A stretch of DNA of 64,000 nt, taken from Caulobacteraceae bacterium (GTDB lineage Bacteria > Pseudomonadota > Alphaproteobacteria > Caulobacterales > Aquidulcibacteraceae). Position numbers and translations under genes: made by a program. The notes under the pieces are model-generated. The model ran no database searches. It saw only the letters and a list, made by a program, of their open reading frames with translations, and was not told the DNA's origin. Shown in pieces: positions 22,703 to 33,662 of this stretch. Positions within the stretch are counted from its first letter, which is position 1. Each line of letters begins with the position of its first letter. The stretch spans positions 14,981 to 78,980 of the forward strand of contig JADJCG010000020.1 in NCBI GenBank assembly GCA_016703335.1. Direction: 5' to 3'.

Positions 22703-22985
22703 TGGAAGTGCACCATTTGCTTTGTGGTTCCGTTCTGGGCGACGGCGCGTGGCCAAGGGCCAGCCGCGAAATGCGCCTCATTTCAAAAGCCCGTTCGATA
22801 TGGTTCGGGCCGTGCCAAGCGGCGTCAAACGCCGCGATTTTACCTCTTACTGAGGGAGCTGCCGGCGGCGTCTTAAACGCCTGCCTGCGTGTTGAACCGA
22901 CGGACAAAGCCCCTCCGCCATCGATTCCGGCTCCGAACCTAATGCGTCGCGCTCACCGTTCCAAGGGCTTTTTCCAGACAGAGGA

Positions 22986-23837
22986 TTAAACCGCGCGCCC
23001 GACAACAACGCGGGGAATGCCTGAGAGGTCCCGCCGGGGCTCGCCGGTAGCCAGCCCTGCCTCTTCGGCCAGCGCCTTCACGCTCTCGGCCTGCCCGGCC
23101 CCGACTTCCAACGCAAACGCGCCGCCCGGCTTGAGCAGGCTCGGCAGCGCAGCCGCGATGATCCGATAGGCCGCGAGACCATCCGCGCCGCCATCGAGCG
23201 CGACGCGCGGTTCAAAGCGAGAGACCTCCGGCTCAAGGCCGTCAATGTCCGAGGTCCGAATGTAAGGCGGATTCGATACAACGAGGTCGAAGCGCTCGTC
23301 GATGTGCTCGGCCCAATTTCCCTGGCCCGCTTGCAAGCGCTCAGCGACACCCAGCTGCTCCGCGTTTGCACGCACGACCGCGAGCGCCTCTTCGCTGATA
23401 TCAATGGCGACGCCGGTTGCGTTGGGACGCTCTTTGAGGAGCGCGAGCATGATCGCGCCCGACCCTGTACCTAGATCGAGGATGCGATGCGGCGCGTCGG
23501 CAGGAAGCGTCTCTTGCAGACCCGCCTCAACCACGAATTCCGTCTCGGGCCGCGGTGTGAGGACGTTCGCGCTCACCGCGAGGTCCAGCGTCCAAAAATG
23601 TTTGCGGCCAAGTATGTGGCTCACCGGCTCTCGTGCTTCGCGGCGCTTGGTGAGCACATCGACAGCGTGCACTTGTTCATCGCTGATGGCGCGGCGCGGG
23701 TCAGTGACGATGTCGAGCCGGGAGACGCCCGCGCCCGCTTCGAGCAGCAAGCGCGCATCCAGCACAGGCGAATCAACGCCTGCGGCTTCCAAGCGTTTGC
23801 GGACATCCGTCCATACGGAGACCAGTGTCTTACTCAC
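22986..23837 (-). CDS. prmC: Release factor glutamine methyltransferase
   Basis: [19 protein letters not shown]; follows prfA. Confidence 0.96.
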   Translation of the reverse strand: MSKTLVSVWTDVRKRLEAAGVDSPVLDARLLLEAGAGVSRLDIVTDPRRAISDEQVHAVDVLTKRREAREPVSHILGRKHFWTLDLAVSANVLTPRPETEFVVEAGLQETLPADAPHRILDLGTGSGAIMLALLKERPNATGVAIDISEEALAVVRANAEQLGVAERLQAGQGNWAEHIDERFDLVVSNPPYIRTSDIDGLEPEVSRFEPRVALDGGADGLAAYRIIAAALPSLLKPGGAFALEVGAGQAESVKALAEEAGLATGEPRRDLSGIPRVVVGRAV

Positions 23838-24915
23838 GCCTCTTGCTCCATCGCCGCAAGCTTTTGCGCTTGATCCTCCGCGGCGAGCGCATCGAGAACC
23901 GGATCGATCGCGCCTTCGATCACTTCGGCGAGATTGTAGAGCGTGAGATTGATGCGGTGGTCCGTGATCCGCCCTTGCGGGAAATTGTATGTCCGGATCC
24001 GTTCGCTGCGATCGCCTGAGCCAATTTGGCCTTTTCGAGCGGCCGAACGTTCTGCGTCCTGGCGCGCACGCTCAGCGTCATAGAGCTTGGTGCGCAGCAT
24101 CAACATCGCCTGCGCGCGGTTTTGGTGCTGCGATTTTAGCTGGCTAATGACGACGATACCTGACGGCATGTGCGTGATGCGAACCGCAGAGTCCGTCTTG
24201 TTGACGTGCTGTCCGCCGGCGCCGGACGAACGCATCGTGTCGATACGGATATCTTTATCGTCGATGACAATATCGACGTCGCCTTCAGGCTGCGGCAGCA
24301 CAGCCACCGTCGCCGCAGACGTGTGAATCCGTCCGCCAGCTTCGGTCTCCGGCACACGCTGCACGCGGTGCACGCCGCTCTCGAACTTCAAGCGTCCGAA
24401 CACGCCTTTGCCGGTGACGCTGGCAACGGCTTCCTTGACGCCGCCGATCCCCGTTTCAGAGATGTCTTCAAGCTCGAACTTCCAGCCACGCTTGCCAGCG
24501 TACTTCTGGTACATACGCAGCAAATCACCAGCGAAGAGCGCCGCTTCCTCGCCGCCAGTGCCGGCGCGAATTTCAGGATGGCCGAGGCGCTTTCGTCCTT
24601 GTCCTTCGGCGCGAGCAACAGCAGCGCTTGCTGCTCCAATTCGGACAAACGACCACGAAGATCCTTCAGCTCCAGATCGGCCATCTCCGCCACCTCGCGA
24701 TCGCTATCTCGCGACATCGTTTCGAGATTGACCATCTCCGCGCGTGCAGCGCGCACGGCGCCAACGGCCTCAATCAACGGCTTCAGCTCTGCGTGCTCTT
24801 GGCTAAGCTTGACGATCTCAGCGCCATCGCTCGCGGCGGCGAGACGCGCTTCAACACGCTCGAACCGATCGACCGCCTGCGACAGGCGCCGTTCTAATCT
24901 ATCGTACGCTGACAT
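23834..24915 (-). CDS. prfA: Peptide chain release factor 1 (frameshift ~24575)
   Basis: VPETE (PxT) motif, GGQ, RTYNFPQ. Confidence 0.93.
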
Positions 24916-24918
24916 TGG

Positions 24919-25335
24919 CTAACTGAGGTCGGCAAAAATCTCGGGCTGCACTTCCGAGAGTTGCGGCTCGTCAAACGCGATCTCGTCCGGCGAGCGGCGT
25001 GCGTACGGCACGATCACTTCAACAGCCTGGCCGTTGGCGACTTCGAGGTGAAAACAAAGCGCCGCGGCATTGTCGCTACCTGAGCGGCCATCGAACACGA
25101 GACCTGCTGCGATCAAGCCATTCTCTTTTTCGTCCAGGCGAAAGCCCGCGATCAAAGCTGAGATGTGATCTTGCGGCGCCGAGCGATCGATCGGCAGATC
25201 GACATTGGTGTGAATCTGCTCGCCGGTCTTACGGATGCCCGCGCCAAACGGCGCGAACGAGCCGCCCTGTTTGAGGGCGGCATGTGCTGTGTCGAACAAG
25301 TACTCGTACGTGTCCTGCAGGTGGCGCTGCAGCAT
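24919..25335 (-). CDS. Hypothetical protein
   Basis: 138 aa ORF tightly packed between ispG and prfA. Confidence 0.7.
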   Translation of the reverse strand: MLQRHLQDTYEYLFDTAHAALKQGGSFAPFGAGIRKTGEQIHTNVDLPIDRSAPQDHISALIAGFRLDEKENGLIAAGLVFDGRSGSDNAAALCFHLEVANGQAVEVIVPYARRSPDEIAFDEPQLSEVQPEIFADLS

Positions 25336-25338
25336 CGC

Positions 25339-26465
25339 TCAGCCCTTCGCTTCGCGCATCGTGCGGGCGCGTTCCTCAACCAGACCAACGATATGGTCGA
25401 TCATGGAGCCATTGTCGACCTTATGCTCGGCCTTGCCGGACACATACATCATGCCCGCGCCCTTGCCGCCACCGGTGAAGCCCAGATCCGTCATCAGCGC
25501 TTCGCCTGGCCCGTTCACGACACAGCCGATTATCGAGAGCGTGATCGGCTCAGCGATGTGCGCGAGGCGCTTTTCCAACGCATCGACAGTCTCGATGACG
25601 TTGAAGCCCTGCCGCGCACACGACGGGCACGCGATGATAGTGACACCGCGTTGACGAAGGCCCAGCGACTTCAAAAGATCGTTGCCGACTTTGATTTCTT
25701 CAACCGGATCGGCAGCGAGCGAGACGCGGATTGTGTCGCCGATGCCTGCCCACAGAAGCGAGCCCATCCCGATCGACGACTTCACGGTTCCCGCGCGAAG
25801 CGCGCCCGCTTCAGTCACGCCGAGGTGAAGCGGCGCATCGGTGGCTTCCGCCAATGACTGATAGGCAGCGACGGTTAGAAATACGTCCGACGCTTTGACG
25901 CTAATTTTGTATTCGCGAAAATCATGCTCCTCGAGCAAAGCGGCGTGATAGAGCGCGCTCTCAACCATAGCTTCAGGACACGGCTCGCCGTACTTTTCGA
26001 GCAAATGGCTCTCAAGCGAACCGGCGTTCACACCGATGCGGATCGAACATCCGTGATCCTTTGCCGCTTGGATGACGTCCTTCACGCGCTGTGCATTGCC
26101 GATGTTGCCCGGATTGATGCGCAAGCATGCAGCGCCAGCGGCGGCGGCTTCGATCGCGCGGCGATAATGGAAATGAATGTCTGCAACGAGCGGCACCTTC
26201 GCGGCGCGCGCGATTTCGGCGAACGCAGCCGTGGAGGCTTCGTCCGGGCATGAGACGCGAACGATGTCGGCGCCCGCATCTTCCAGTTGCCGAATCTGAT
26301 TGATCGTCGCGTTCGCGTCGGCGGTGACCGTATTGGTCATCGACTGGACCGCGATCGGCGCGTCGCCCCAACCTCGACCGCGCCAACGCGGATCTTCCGC
26401 GAGCGGCGGCGCTCGATCCGGCGCCAGGGCCGGATGTGGTGCAGGTCGCCTGCGGCGCCGTCCAT
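25339..26465 (-). CDS. ispG: HMBPP synthase (frameshift ~26370)
   Basis: [33 protein letters not shown]. Confidence 0.95.
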
Positions 26466-26533
26466 GGGAGCACGTCCTTTCCAGCCGGAGATAGCGCGCC
26501 GGGAGGCCCGCTAACAGCCCTCGGAACTGCGGC

Positions 26534-27388
26534 TTAGCTGCGAGGCGGTGTATTGCTTGCCTGGGTCAGCGGCTGGATCTCGTCGATCTGACGGCCAAGA
26601 ACCGGCATGCCAGCCGTTCCCAAAAGCCCGGCGGAGACGCCGTTCACATAAAGCTCAAACGCCCCACCATCGCGGGCGTGCAGGGTCCAGCCGGGGCTCG
26701 GATCAGGACGGTAAACGTCTCCGGCACGAAGGTTCCGGGAGAGGAACACGGTGCCATCCGGTCCCCGGGCTTCCAGCCAAGATTCCGCGACGGCTCGGAT
26801 TTCGACCACGCGGCGCGGAGCGGCAGCGGTCGAGGCAGGCGTCACACCCAGCGTGCCAGCTTCGGAAGTGCTGGCGATCTGTTGTTCACTTTCGGCCCGG
26901 AGCTGAGAGTCGAGCGCACGCCAGCCGACAAAGCCAGCCGCGATCAGAACCAATGCCGCTGCGGCTGCCCACGGCGGACGTTGGCGCGGCTTGGATGTTG
27001 GCGTGCGCATCGCCGGCGCTGGCGCATCGTCCCGCGTCAGGGCGCATTCGTCCTGAAACTGGTCAACGATAGCTTTTTCTTCGATGCCCAGCTCACGGGC
27101 ATAGGAGCGCAAAAACGCCAGCGCGTACGCCTTCCCCGGCAGCAGCTTGACGTTCATGTCCTCAAGCGCTTCGAGGAATTCCTTTCGCACGCGGATCCGG
27201 TCAGCGACCTCATCCACCGTCCAGCCACGTTGGCGGCGCGCTTCTGACAGCTTCCGGCCCGCGCGCCAGGCATCCTCAAGCACAGGCGGTGACGCCGCCG
27301 GCGGCTGACGTTGCGCACGTGCATCGACCGGATCGCCGGTCGGTTGCGGGTCGGTGGGTATCGGTTGCAGCATCGAGCGGTCGGTCAC
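26534..27388 (-). CDS. RodZ-like HTH-TM-DUF4115 protein
   Basis: N-terminal HTH (LSEARRQRG...[10 protein letters not shown]), TM segment, C-terminal SWLE...L.AGD. Confidence 0.85.
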   Translation of the reverse strand: MTDRSMLQPIPTDPQPTGDPVDARAQRQPPAASPPVLEDAWRAGRKLSEARRQRGWTVDEVADRIRVRKEFLEALEDMNVKLLPGKAYALAFLRSYARELGIEEKAIVDQFQDECALTRDDAPAPAMRTPTSKPRQRPPWAAAAALVLIAAGFVGWRALDSQLRAESEQQIASTSEAGTLGVTPASTAAAPRRVVEIRAVAESWLEARGPDGTVFLSRNLRAGDVYRPDPSPGWTLHARDGGAFELYVNGVSAGLLGTAGMPVLGRQIDEIQPLTQASNTPPRS

Positions 27389-27482
27389 TCCTAGGAGACC
27401 TTACGTTTACAAAGGCAAATTTTGCGCCAGTGAAAAAGACTAATCACGAATCAAGCATACCTCAACGCGCGGCATATGCGCG

Positions 27483-29744
27483 TTACAGCGCATAGCCCTC
27501 AGAGATCGCAAATTCTGTGAGTTCGTTGCGGATCGAGGGCCGATTGCGGCTCATGAGCTTCGCCAGAACGCGCTCAACCGCCTGCACTTCCATCGAGAGG
27601 ATCAGCCGCTTCACTGGGCCGATGCCCGAAGCAGGCATTGAGAGCCTGCGAAAGCCAAGTGCTGTGAACGCCATCGCCTCGAGCGGCCGCCCCGCCGCCT
27701 CGCCGCAGATCGAGACTTGCAACTGCGCCGCATCGGCGTCGTCACGTATGCGCTTCAGCAGACGCAGCGCTGGTGCGCTGAGAATGTCGTAACGATCCGA
27801 AACCCGCGGATTGCCGCGATCAGCCGCGAAGAAATACTGCATGAGGTCATTGGTGCCTATCGAGATAAAGTCGGCCCGACCTTTAAGATCCGGAATCGAG
27901 AACGCCAGGGCGGGCGCTTCCACCATGACGCCAACCTCGACGACCGCTGGCGGCGCTCGGCCGTTCTTGCGGCACCAGTCCAGCTCCCGGTCTACCAGCG
28001 AGCGAGCGGCGTCGAATTCGCTGACCGTCGTGACGAGCGGAAACATCACGCGCAGGCGCCGGTTGGCGGCAGCGCTGATCAGGGCCCGAAGCTGATAGCG
28101 AAGCAGAGCTGGCCGATCGAGGCCGATGCGAACCGCCCGCCAGCCGAGAGCTGGGTTCTCTTCCCGCTCCGCCGCCACATATGGCAGCACCTTGTCGCCG
28201 CCGAGATCGAGCGTCCGAAAGGTCACCGGGCGCAAGCCAGCAGCATCAAGCACATCCCGATACAGCATCGTCTGGCTCTCGAGCCGCGGCAGCTGCTCGG
28301 AGACCATGAATTGAAACTCCGTCCGGAAGAGCCCGATGCCCTCCGCGCCCGCCTCATCCAGGTGATGCACATCGAGCGCTAGGCCCGCGTTGAGCAGAAG
28401 CGTCACCCGTTCACCATCCTGCGTGACTGGCGGAATGTTCTTCAGTCGCGCAAACTCTTCGGCGCGCGCCGAGCGCAGATTAAGCCGCTGCTTGTAAGTG
28501 TGAACGAACGCCTCTTCGGGCCGCAGGCGCGCTTCGCCGCGTTCGCCGTCCAGCACAATCCGGTCGCCCGCTTCGACGCGAGAGAGCAAGCCAGGCAACA
28601 GCCCGACCATCGGGATGCCCAGCGCTCTTGCGACAATCGCGGCATGCGCAGTGTTTGCACCTTCCTCAAGTGCAACGCCCTTCAGCCGCGCGCCGTAATC
28701 TAGGAGCTCTGCCGGACCAAGTTCTCGCGCAATAAGCACAGCATTGTCGGGCATCGCCTGTGCGGCACCGCCTTCAACGCCTGCAAGTGCTCGGAGCAAC
28801 CGGTTGTCGAGATCCTCAAGATCGTGGAGACGCTCGCGCAAATATTGATCGCGCGTGGCATTGAACTTCGCACGGTGCTCGCCGCGAATCCGTTCGACAG
28901 CGGCATCTGCGGAGAGACCTGCACGCACGCCCTGGCGCAGCTTGATTTCCCAGCTCGGATCATTGGCAAGCATGAGGAAAGTCTCGAGCACTTCGCGCGA
29001 CACGCCGGAAATGCGGCCCGGATCGCCTTCGAGCATGTCCTCCAGCGCGAGGCGCACTTGCGCTAACGCGGCGTTCAATCGCTCTTCTTCCTTGACGGGA
29101 TCGTCGGCGATGACACGTCCCAGTGGCGCATGCGGCTCGTGAAGCACCGCAGTGCCTATGCAAATGCCGTCAGAGAATGAGCGCCCAACGAGCAATTCCG
29201 GACGGCTCGGGACGGCCTCGACTTCAGCTAAGCCCGTCAGATCGCCGAACGCGCCCGAGGCGACCATTTCGGCAAGCACCATTGCGATGGTCTGTAACGC
29301 CTCGACTTCGTCCTCGCCGTAGAGACGCGAGACTTGGTTCTGCACGACGAGCACGCCGAAAGTCCGCTCCGAGCGCACAATCGGCACGCCGAGAAACGCA
29401 CTGAACGGTTCTTCGCCCGTTTCAGGTCGATACGCGAAACGCTCATGGTGCGGCGCGTCCGCAAGGTTCAATGGTTGCGCCGTTTCAGCGATGAGGCCGA
29501 CCAGACCTTCGCCCGGCTTCAGCCGCGTTTTGTGGACAGCGTCCGGCGACAGACCTTGTGTCGCGAACAATTCGTTGTAGCCGCCACGCGTCAGATAGAT
29601 GGAGCACACATCCGCGACCATGGTCGACGCAACCATGGTGACAAGCCGGTTCAGCCGCTCTTGCGGCTCCGCGCCTGTCTCCATGATCTCCCGAAGCTTA
29701 CGCAGGAGTATCCGGGATCCGCCAATGCTCGCGGGTCCAACCAT
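27483..29744 (-). CDS. ptsP: PTS(Ntr) enzyme I
   Basis: GAF domain, AHAAIVAR, GLFRTEF, SIGTNDL, CGE. Confidence 0.96.
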   Translation of the reverse strand: MVGPASIGGSRILLRKLREIMETGAEPQERLNRLVTMVASTMVADVCSIYLTRGGYNELFATQGLSPDAVHKTRLKPGEGLVGLIAETAQPLNLADAPHHERFAYRPETGEEPFSAFLGVPIVRSERTFGVLVVQNQVSRLYGEDEVEALQTIAMVLAEMVASGAFGDLTGLAEVEAVPSRPELLVGRSFSDGICIGTAVLHEPHAPLGRVIADDPVKEEERLNAALAQVRLALEDMLEGDPGRISGVSREVLETFLMLANDPSWEIKLRQGVRAGLSADAAVERIRGEHRAKFNATRDQYLRERLHDLEDLDNRLLRALAGVEGGAAQAMPDNAVLIARELGPAELLDYGARLKGVALEEGANTAHAAIVARALGIPMVGLLPGLLSRVEAGDRIVLDGERGEARLRPEEAFVHTYKQRLNLRSARAEEFARLKNIPPVTQDGERVTLLLNAGLALDVHHLDEAGAEGIGLFRTEFQFMVSEQLPRLESQTMLYRDVLDAAGLRPVTFRTLDLGGDKVLPYVAAEREENPALGWRAVRIGLDRPALLRYQLRALISAAANRRLRVMFPLVTTVSEFDAARSLVDRELDWCRKNGRAPPAVVEVGVMVEAPALAFSIPDLKGRADFISIGTNDLMQYFFAADRGNPRVSDRYDILSAPALRLLKRIRDDADAAQLQVSICGEAAGRPLEAMAFTALGFRRLSMPASGIGPVKRLILSMEVQAVERVLAKLMSRNRPSIRNELTEFAISEGYAL

Positions 29745-29773
29745 GCCGGACTAGCTTCCTCCAACATCACCGC

Positions 29774-31036
29774 TCACGCGGCGTCTAAACCATAAGCGCT
29801 ATGCAGCGCACGCACGGCAAGCTCTGTGTAAGCGGCATCAATCAAAACAGAGATTTTGATCTCTGACGTGGCGATTGCTTCAATATTGATGCCCTTTTGC
29901 GCCAGCGCCGCGAACATTGCGCGCGCGACGCCCACTTGGCTGCGCATACCGATGCCAATAACGGACACTTTGGCTACATCGCGGCGAATGTGGACTTCCT
30001 CGACGCCAATCTTCGCCTTGATCGATTCAATCGCTTCCGCAGCACGCGCAGCGTCGCGATCTGGGCACGTGAAGAGAATATTCTGACGTTCCGGCTGACG
30101 CGCTTCGCTTTGCACGATCATGTCGACGTTGATGTTGGCGTCCGCGAGCTTGGCGAATATCTCCGCCGCAACGCCTGGGTGATCCTCGACGCCAAGCAGC
30201 GTGACCTTCGCTTCGTCGCGCGAATAAGCAACGCCGGAAACAACCTGCTTTTCCACGATCTCATCCTCAGGACAAACGAGCGTGCCGGGATTAGGCGCGC
30301 CCGGCTCAACGAAACTAGACAGAACCCGCACCGGCACGCGCTTTGCGAACGCAAGCTCGACCGAACGCGTTTGCAAAACCTTTGCGCCCGCAGACGCAAG
30401 TTCGAGCATTTCTTCGTAGGAAATCTTCTCGATCCGCTGCGCCTTCGACACAACGCGCGGGTCCGTTGTGTAGACACCATCGACGTCGGTGTAGATGTCG
30501 CAGCGAATGGCATTCAGCGCCGCCGCCAACGCCACGGCCGAAGTATCAGAGCCGCCGCGGCCAAGCGTGGTGATGCGGTTGTCGTCGGTGATGCCCTGGA
30601 AACCTGGCACGACAGCAACGACGCCCTCGTCCATCGACCTGCCGATCAGCTCTTCGGGAATGTCCGCAACACGTGCCTTAGAATGCGCGTCGTCGGTGCG
30701 GAACGGGATCTGCCAATTCTGCCACGAGCGAGCGGGTATCCCGATCCGGCGCAGCGCCAGCGCCAGCAAGCCAGTCGTCACCTGCTCGCCGGCGGAGACG
30801 ATGACGTCATACTCATCGTTGAAGTCGTTCGCGCTCATCGGCGCGCCGTTGCCGCCTTCGCCGGCAGCGCCACGCGCCAAGCCGACCAAGCGGTCAGTCT
30901 CGCCCGACATGGCGGACACCACGACAGCCAAGCCAAGCCCAGGCTTTCTCTCAGCCGCGACGATGCGCGCGACGCGGGCGATGCGGTCCACGTCGCCCAC
31001 GGACGTGCCACCGAATTTCATCACCAATCGAGACAT
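29774..31036 (-). CDS. lysC: Aspartate kinase
   Basis: MKFGGTSV, TLGRGGSD, TDVDGVYTTDP, two ACT domains. Confidence 0.96.
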   Translation of the reverse strand: MSRLVMKFGGTSVGDVDRIARVARIVAAERKPGLGLAVVVSAMSGETDRLVGLARGAAGEGGNGAPMSANDFNDEYDVIVSAGEQVTTGLLALALRRIGIPARSWQNWQIPFRTDDAHSKARVADIPEELIGRSMDEGVVAVVPGFQGITDDNRITTLGRGGSDTSAVALAAALNAIRCDIYTDVDGVYTTDPRVVSKAQRIEKISYEEMLELASAGAKVLQTRSVELAFAKRVPVRVLSSFVEPGAPNPGTLVCPEDEIVEKQVVSGVAYSRDEAKVTLLGVEDHPGVAAEIFAKLADANINVDMIVQSEARQPERQNILFTCPDRDAARAAEAIESIKAKIGVEEVHIRRDVAKVSVIGIGMRSQVGVARAMFAALAQKGINIEAIATSEIKISVLIDAAYTELAVRALHSAYGLDAA

Positions 31037-31141
31037 GGGGAGAATGTCGTTTTCCGAAGCGTTGGCAGCGGCATTAGCACGCTTCCGGGCTTTGGCGATA
31101 CGCCTTGACCCGCATCGTTCCCGCGCCGATTTGGTTAGCTG

Positions 31142-31864
31142 ATGTCCACCACCACCGACCCCGCCGAGATCGCCAAGTTCAGCGCGCTCGCAGCTGAGTG
31201 GTGGAATCCCAAAGGCCCGTTCGGCGCACTGCATCGCCTGAACCCAGTGCGCCTCCAATACATCCGCGATCTGGCGCTGAAGCATTTCGGCAAAGTCGCT
31301 CGCAAACCACTCGATTGCGTGCTCACTCTCGATCTCGGCTGCGGTGGCGGCCTCGTCTCCGCGCCGCTCGCGCGCATGGGCGCGAATCTCACCGCGATCG
31401 ACGCCTCAGCAGAAGCCATCGGCGCCGCTAGCGCCTACGCCGAACAAGCCGGCCTCGACATCGATTTCCAAAACACCACCGCCGAGGCCCTCGTCGAACG
31501 CGGCGAAAAGTTTGAATTGGTGACGGCGCTCGAAATCATCGAACACGTCTCCGACGTGAACGTCTTCCTCTCCGCCGCGACCGCGCTCGTCGCCCCGGGC
31601 GGCCTGCTCATTCTCTCCACCATCAACCGCACGCCAAAGGCGCGAGCGCTCGCTATCACCGGCGCCGAACGCATCCTCAAATGGGCGCCCGAAGGCGCCC
31701 ACGATTACGACAAGCTCGTTACGCCTGAAGAGATCCGCTCCGGCGCACCAGAACTGCAATGGGAGGAGCCCGTCGGCGTGACGTATCAACCGCTCGGCAA
31801 CGGCTGGGCGATCTCTCGCGACATCGACGTCAACTACATGATCGGCGGCCGCAAGGGCGGCTAG
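31142..31864 (+). CDS. ubiG: Ubiquinone biosynthesis O-methyltransferase
   Basis: EIAKF...A..WW...G.F..LH.LNP.R, LDLGCGGG, EIIEHV. Confidence 0.94.
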   Translation: MSTTTDPAEIAKFSALAAEWWNPKGPFGALHRLNPVRLQYIRDLALKHFGKVARKPLDCVLTLDLGCGGGLVSAPLARMGANLTAIDASAEAIGAASAYAEQAGLDIDFQNTTAEALVERGEKFELVTALEIIEHVSDVNVFLSAATALVAPGGLLILSTINRTPKARALAITGAERILKWAPEGAHDYDKLVTPEEIRSGAPELQWEEPVGVTYQPLGNGWAISRDIDVNYMIGGRKGG

Positions 31865-33183
31865 ACGGCACGCGAATGGCGCGCGGCGCCGTCTAGCCGA
31901 TAAGAGTCGAAGACGTGCGCAACAATGCGGGCGAACGGCCGAGCGGCGGCCGGCACGCTAATCGTGCCGTTGTCGACTTCCACGATACCATCACGGATCA
32001 GTGGGGCGAGATCGGCTAGTTCATTCCGGAACTTCTCTGGCGCGTCGAGCTTGAGTTCGAAGTCGCAAAGCAAGCGCATGATGAGGTCCCGGCGCTCGCG
32101 ATCTTCCGGACTCAACGCCCGCCCGCGATGTGTTGCAATCAACCCTCTGGCGACTTTCACCTGCCAATCGCTGACATTCGGTTCGTTTTGGGCATAGCCC
32201 TGCGGCAGCGTCGATATCGAAGATGGACCTAGCCCGATTACGGCGTCGCACTCGGATTCAACGAAGCCCTGAAAGTTGCGGTGCAGCCGGCTTTCACGCG
32301 CGGCGCACGCGATTGGGTCGTCGGGAAGCGCGTAGTGGTCATAGCCAATGGCGACATAGCCAGCGGCGCGCAGCGTCTCGTTAATGACTTCCGCGAGTTC
32401 AAAACGCCTCTCGGTCTCTGGTAGAGTTGCCTCATCGATCAAACGCTGCCGCGCCTTGAACCATGGCACGTGCGCGTAACCGAAAACAGCGAAGCGTTCG
32501 GGCCGAAGGGACGCTGCCAGCTCTGCCGTGCGACGGACGCTTTCTCGGGTCTGGCGAGGTAGCCCGTACATGAGATCGAAACTCAATCCGGCGATACCGA
32601 CATCGCGGAGTCGACCCGTCGCCTGCTTGACGCAGTCAAACGATTGCTCGCGGCCGATGGCAGTTTGGACTGTATCGTCGAAATCCTGCACGCCAAGCGA
32701 GGCGCGGTTCACCCCGCACCGCGCGAACGTCTGCGCTTGCTCCTCGGTCAGAAGTCTTGGGTCAAGCTCGACTGCATGGCGTGCGAGCGCGCTCAGATCG
32801 AATTGTTCCCGCAGACGCTCGACGATTGACTGAAAGCGCTCCGCGTTGAGGGAATTCGGCGTGCCACCGCCCCAGTGCAATTCGCGGACGGATCTGGCGC
32901 GCGATGCCTTGGCGACTGCATCAATTTCGCACTGCAGCGCTGAAACGTACTGAGCAATTGGTTCGTCACGGCGCACGGCAAAGGCGTGACAACCGCAGTA
33001 CCAACACACCTGCCGACAATATGGAACGTGCACGTAGAGGGAGACAACGGCGTCCGATGGAAGCTCACGCAGCCAGCTTTCGTAAACCGCGCCATCCACA
33101 CTCTCGTTGAAGTGTGGCGCAGTGGGATAGCTCGTGTACCGGGGAACATTCAGCTCGGCGTATTTCAGAAGGCGACTGTCCAC
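31861..33183 (-). CDS. hemN: Oxygen-independent coproporphyrinogen III oxidase
   Basis: PRYTSYPTA, CxxxCxxC, GGGTP, RNFQGF, HSRAV. Confidence 0.93.
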   Translation of the reverse strand: MDSRLLKYAELNVPRYTSYPTAPHFNESVDGAVYESWLRELPSDAVVSLYVHVPYCRQVCWYCGCHAFAVRRDEPIAQYVSALQCEIDAVAKASRARSVRELHWGGGTPNSLNAERFQSIVERLREQFDLSALARHAVELDPRLLTEEQAQTFARCGVNRASLGVQDFDDTVQTAIGREQSFDCVKQATGRLRDVGIAGLSFDLMYGLPRQTRESVRRTAELAASLRPERFAVFGYAHVPWFKARQRLIDEATLPETERRFELAEVINETLRAAGYVAIGYDHYALPDDPIACAARESRLHRNFQGFVESECDAVIGLGPSSISTLPQGYAQNEPNVSDWQVKVARGLIATHRGRALSPEDRERRDLIMRLLCDFELKLDAPEKFRNELADLAPLIRDGIVEVDNGTISVPAAARPFARIVAHVFDSYRLDGAARHSRAV

Positions 33184-33217
33184 CTCCTACCTTTGCCATC
33201 CTCCGGGAACGGCATCC

Positions 33218-33231
33218 TTGATCCGGCGCAA
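33218..33231 (-). promoter_or_regulatory. Putative FNR/FixK box upstream of hemN
   Basis: TTGAT-CCGG-CGCAA, a near match to TTGAT-N4-ATCAA, centred ~41 bp upstream of the hemN start. Confidence 0.55.
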
Positions 33232-33236
33232 GTATG

Positions 33237-33662
33237 CTAATTAAGCTTCTTCGGCTGCACCGGCGCCAGCTCCGGCGGCAGCGGCGCAGCCGGAATGCCC
33301 TCTTCCGCCAGCTCACGCGCCTGCTCCGGCGTGGCCTCACCCCAGATCGCGCGCTCTTCCCTGTCGCCTTGGTGCATTTTGCGTGCTTCATCGGCGAACT
33401 TGTCGCCGACGTAGTCGAAATTGTCCTTGATGTGCTCGCGCACCTTCGCCGCCATCGCCATGGCGACAGCTCGCTCGCCACGCTCAGCTTTCTTGCGCGA
33501 AGTCTGCACCGATGGCGCCATCGGCGCTTTTTCTACGTGCTTTGATCCGCAGTGCGGACATTCGACCAAGCCAGCTTCCGCCTGCTTGTCGTAATCGGCG
33601 ATCGAGCCGAACCACGCTTCGAACTCATCACCTTTATCGCACCGAAGGTCGTACTTGATCAT
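33237..33662 (-). CDS. DUF1178 family protein
   Basis: MIKYDLRC...FEAWF, CPHC, FDYVGDKFADEARKMH. Confidence 0.9.
   Translation of the reverse strand: MIKYDLRCDKGDEFEAWFGSIADYDKQAEAGLVECPHCGSKHVEKAPMAPSVQTSRKKAERGERAVAMAMAAKVREHIKDNFDYVGDKFADEARKMHQGDREERAIWGEATPEQARELAEEGIPAAPLPPELAPVQPKKLN

Noticed and set aside
24540-24600. Programmed frameshift in a release factor gene
   Set aside because: The gene is prfA (PxT motif, next to prmC), not prfB. There is no CTT-TGA slippery site, and one missing base in the ILEIRAG codons explains the break.
14625-31108. Long antisense ORFs (e.g. 14625-15536, 16422-17264, 29897-31108)
   Set aside because: Shadow frames of well-supported genes, expected at high GC.
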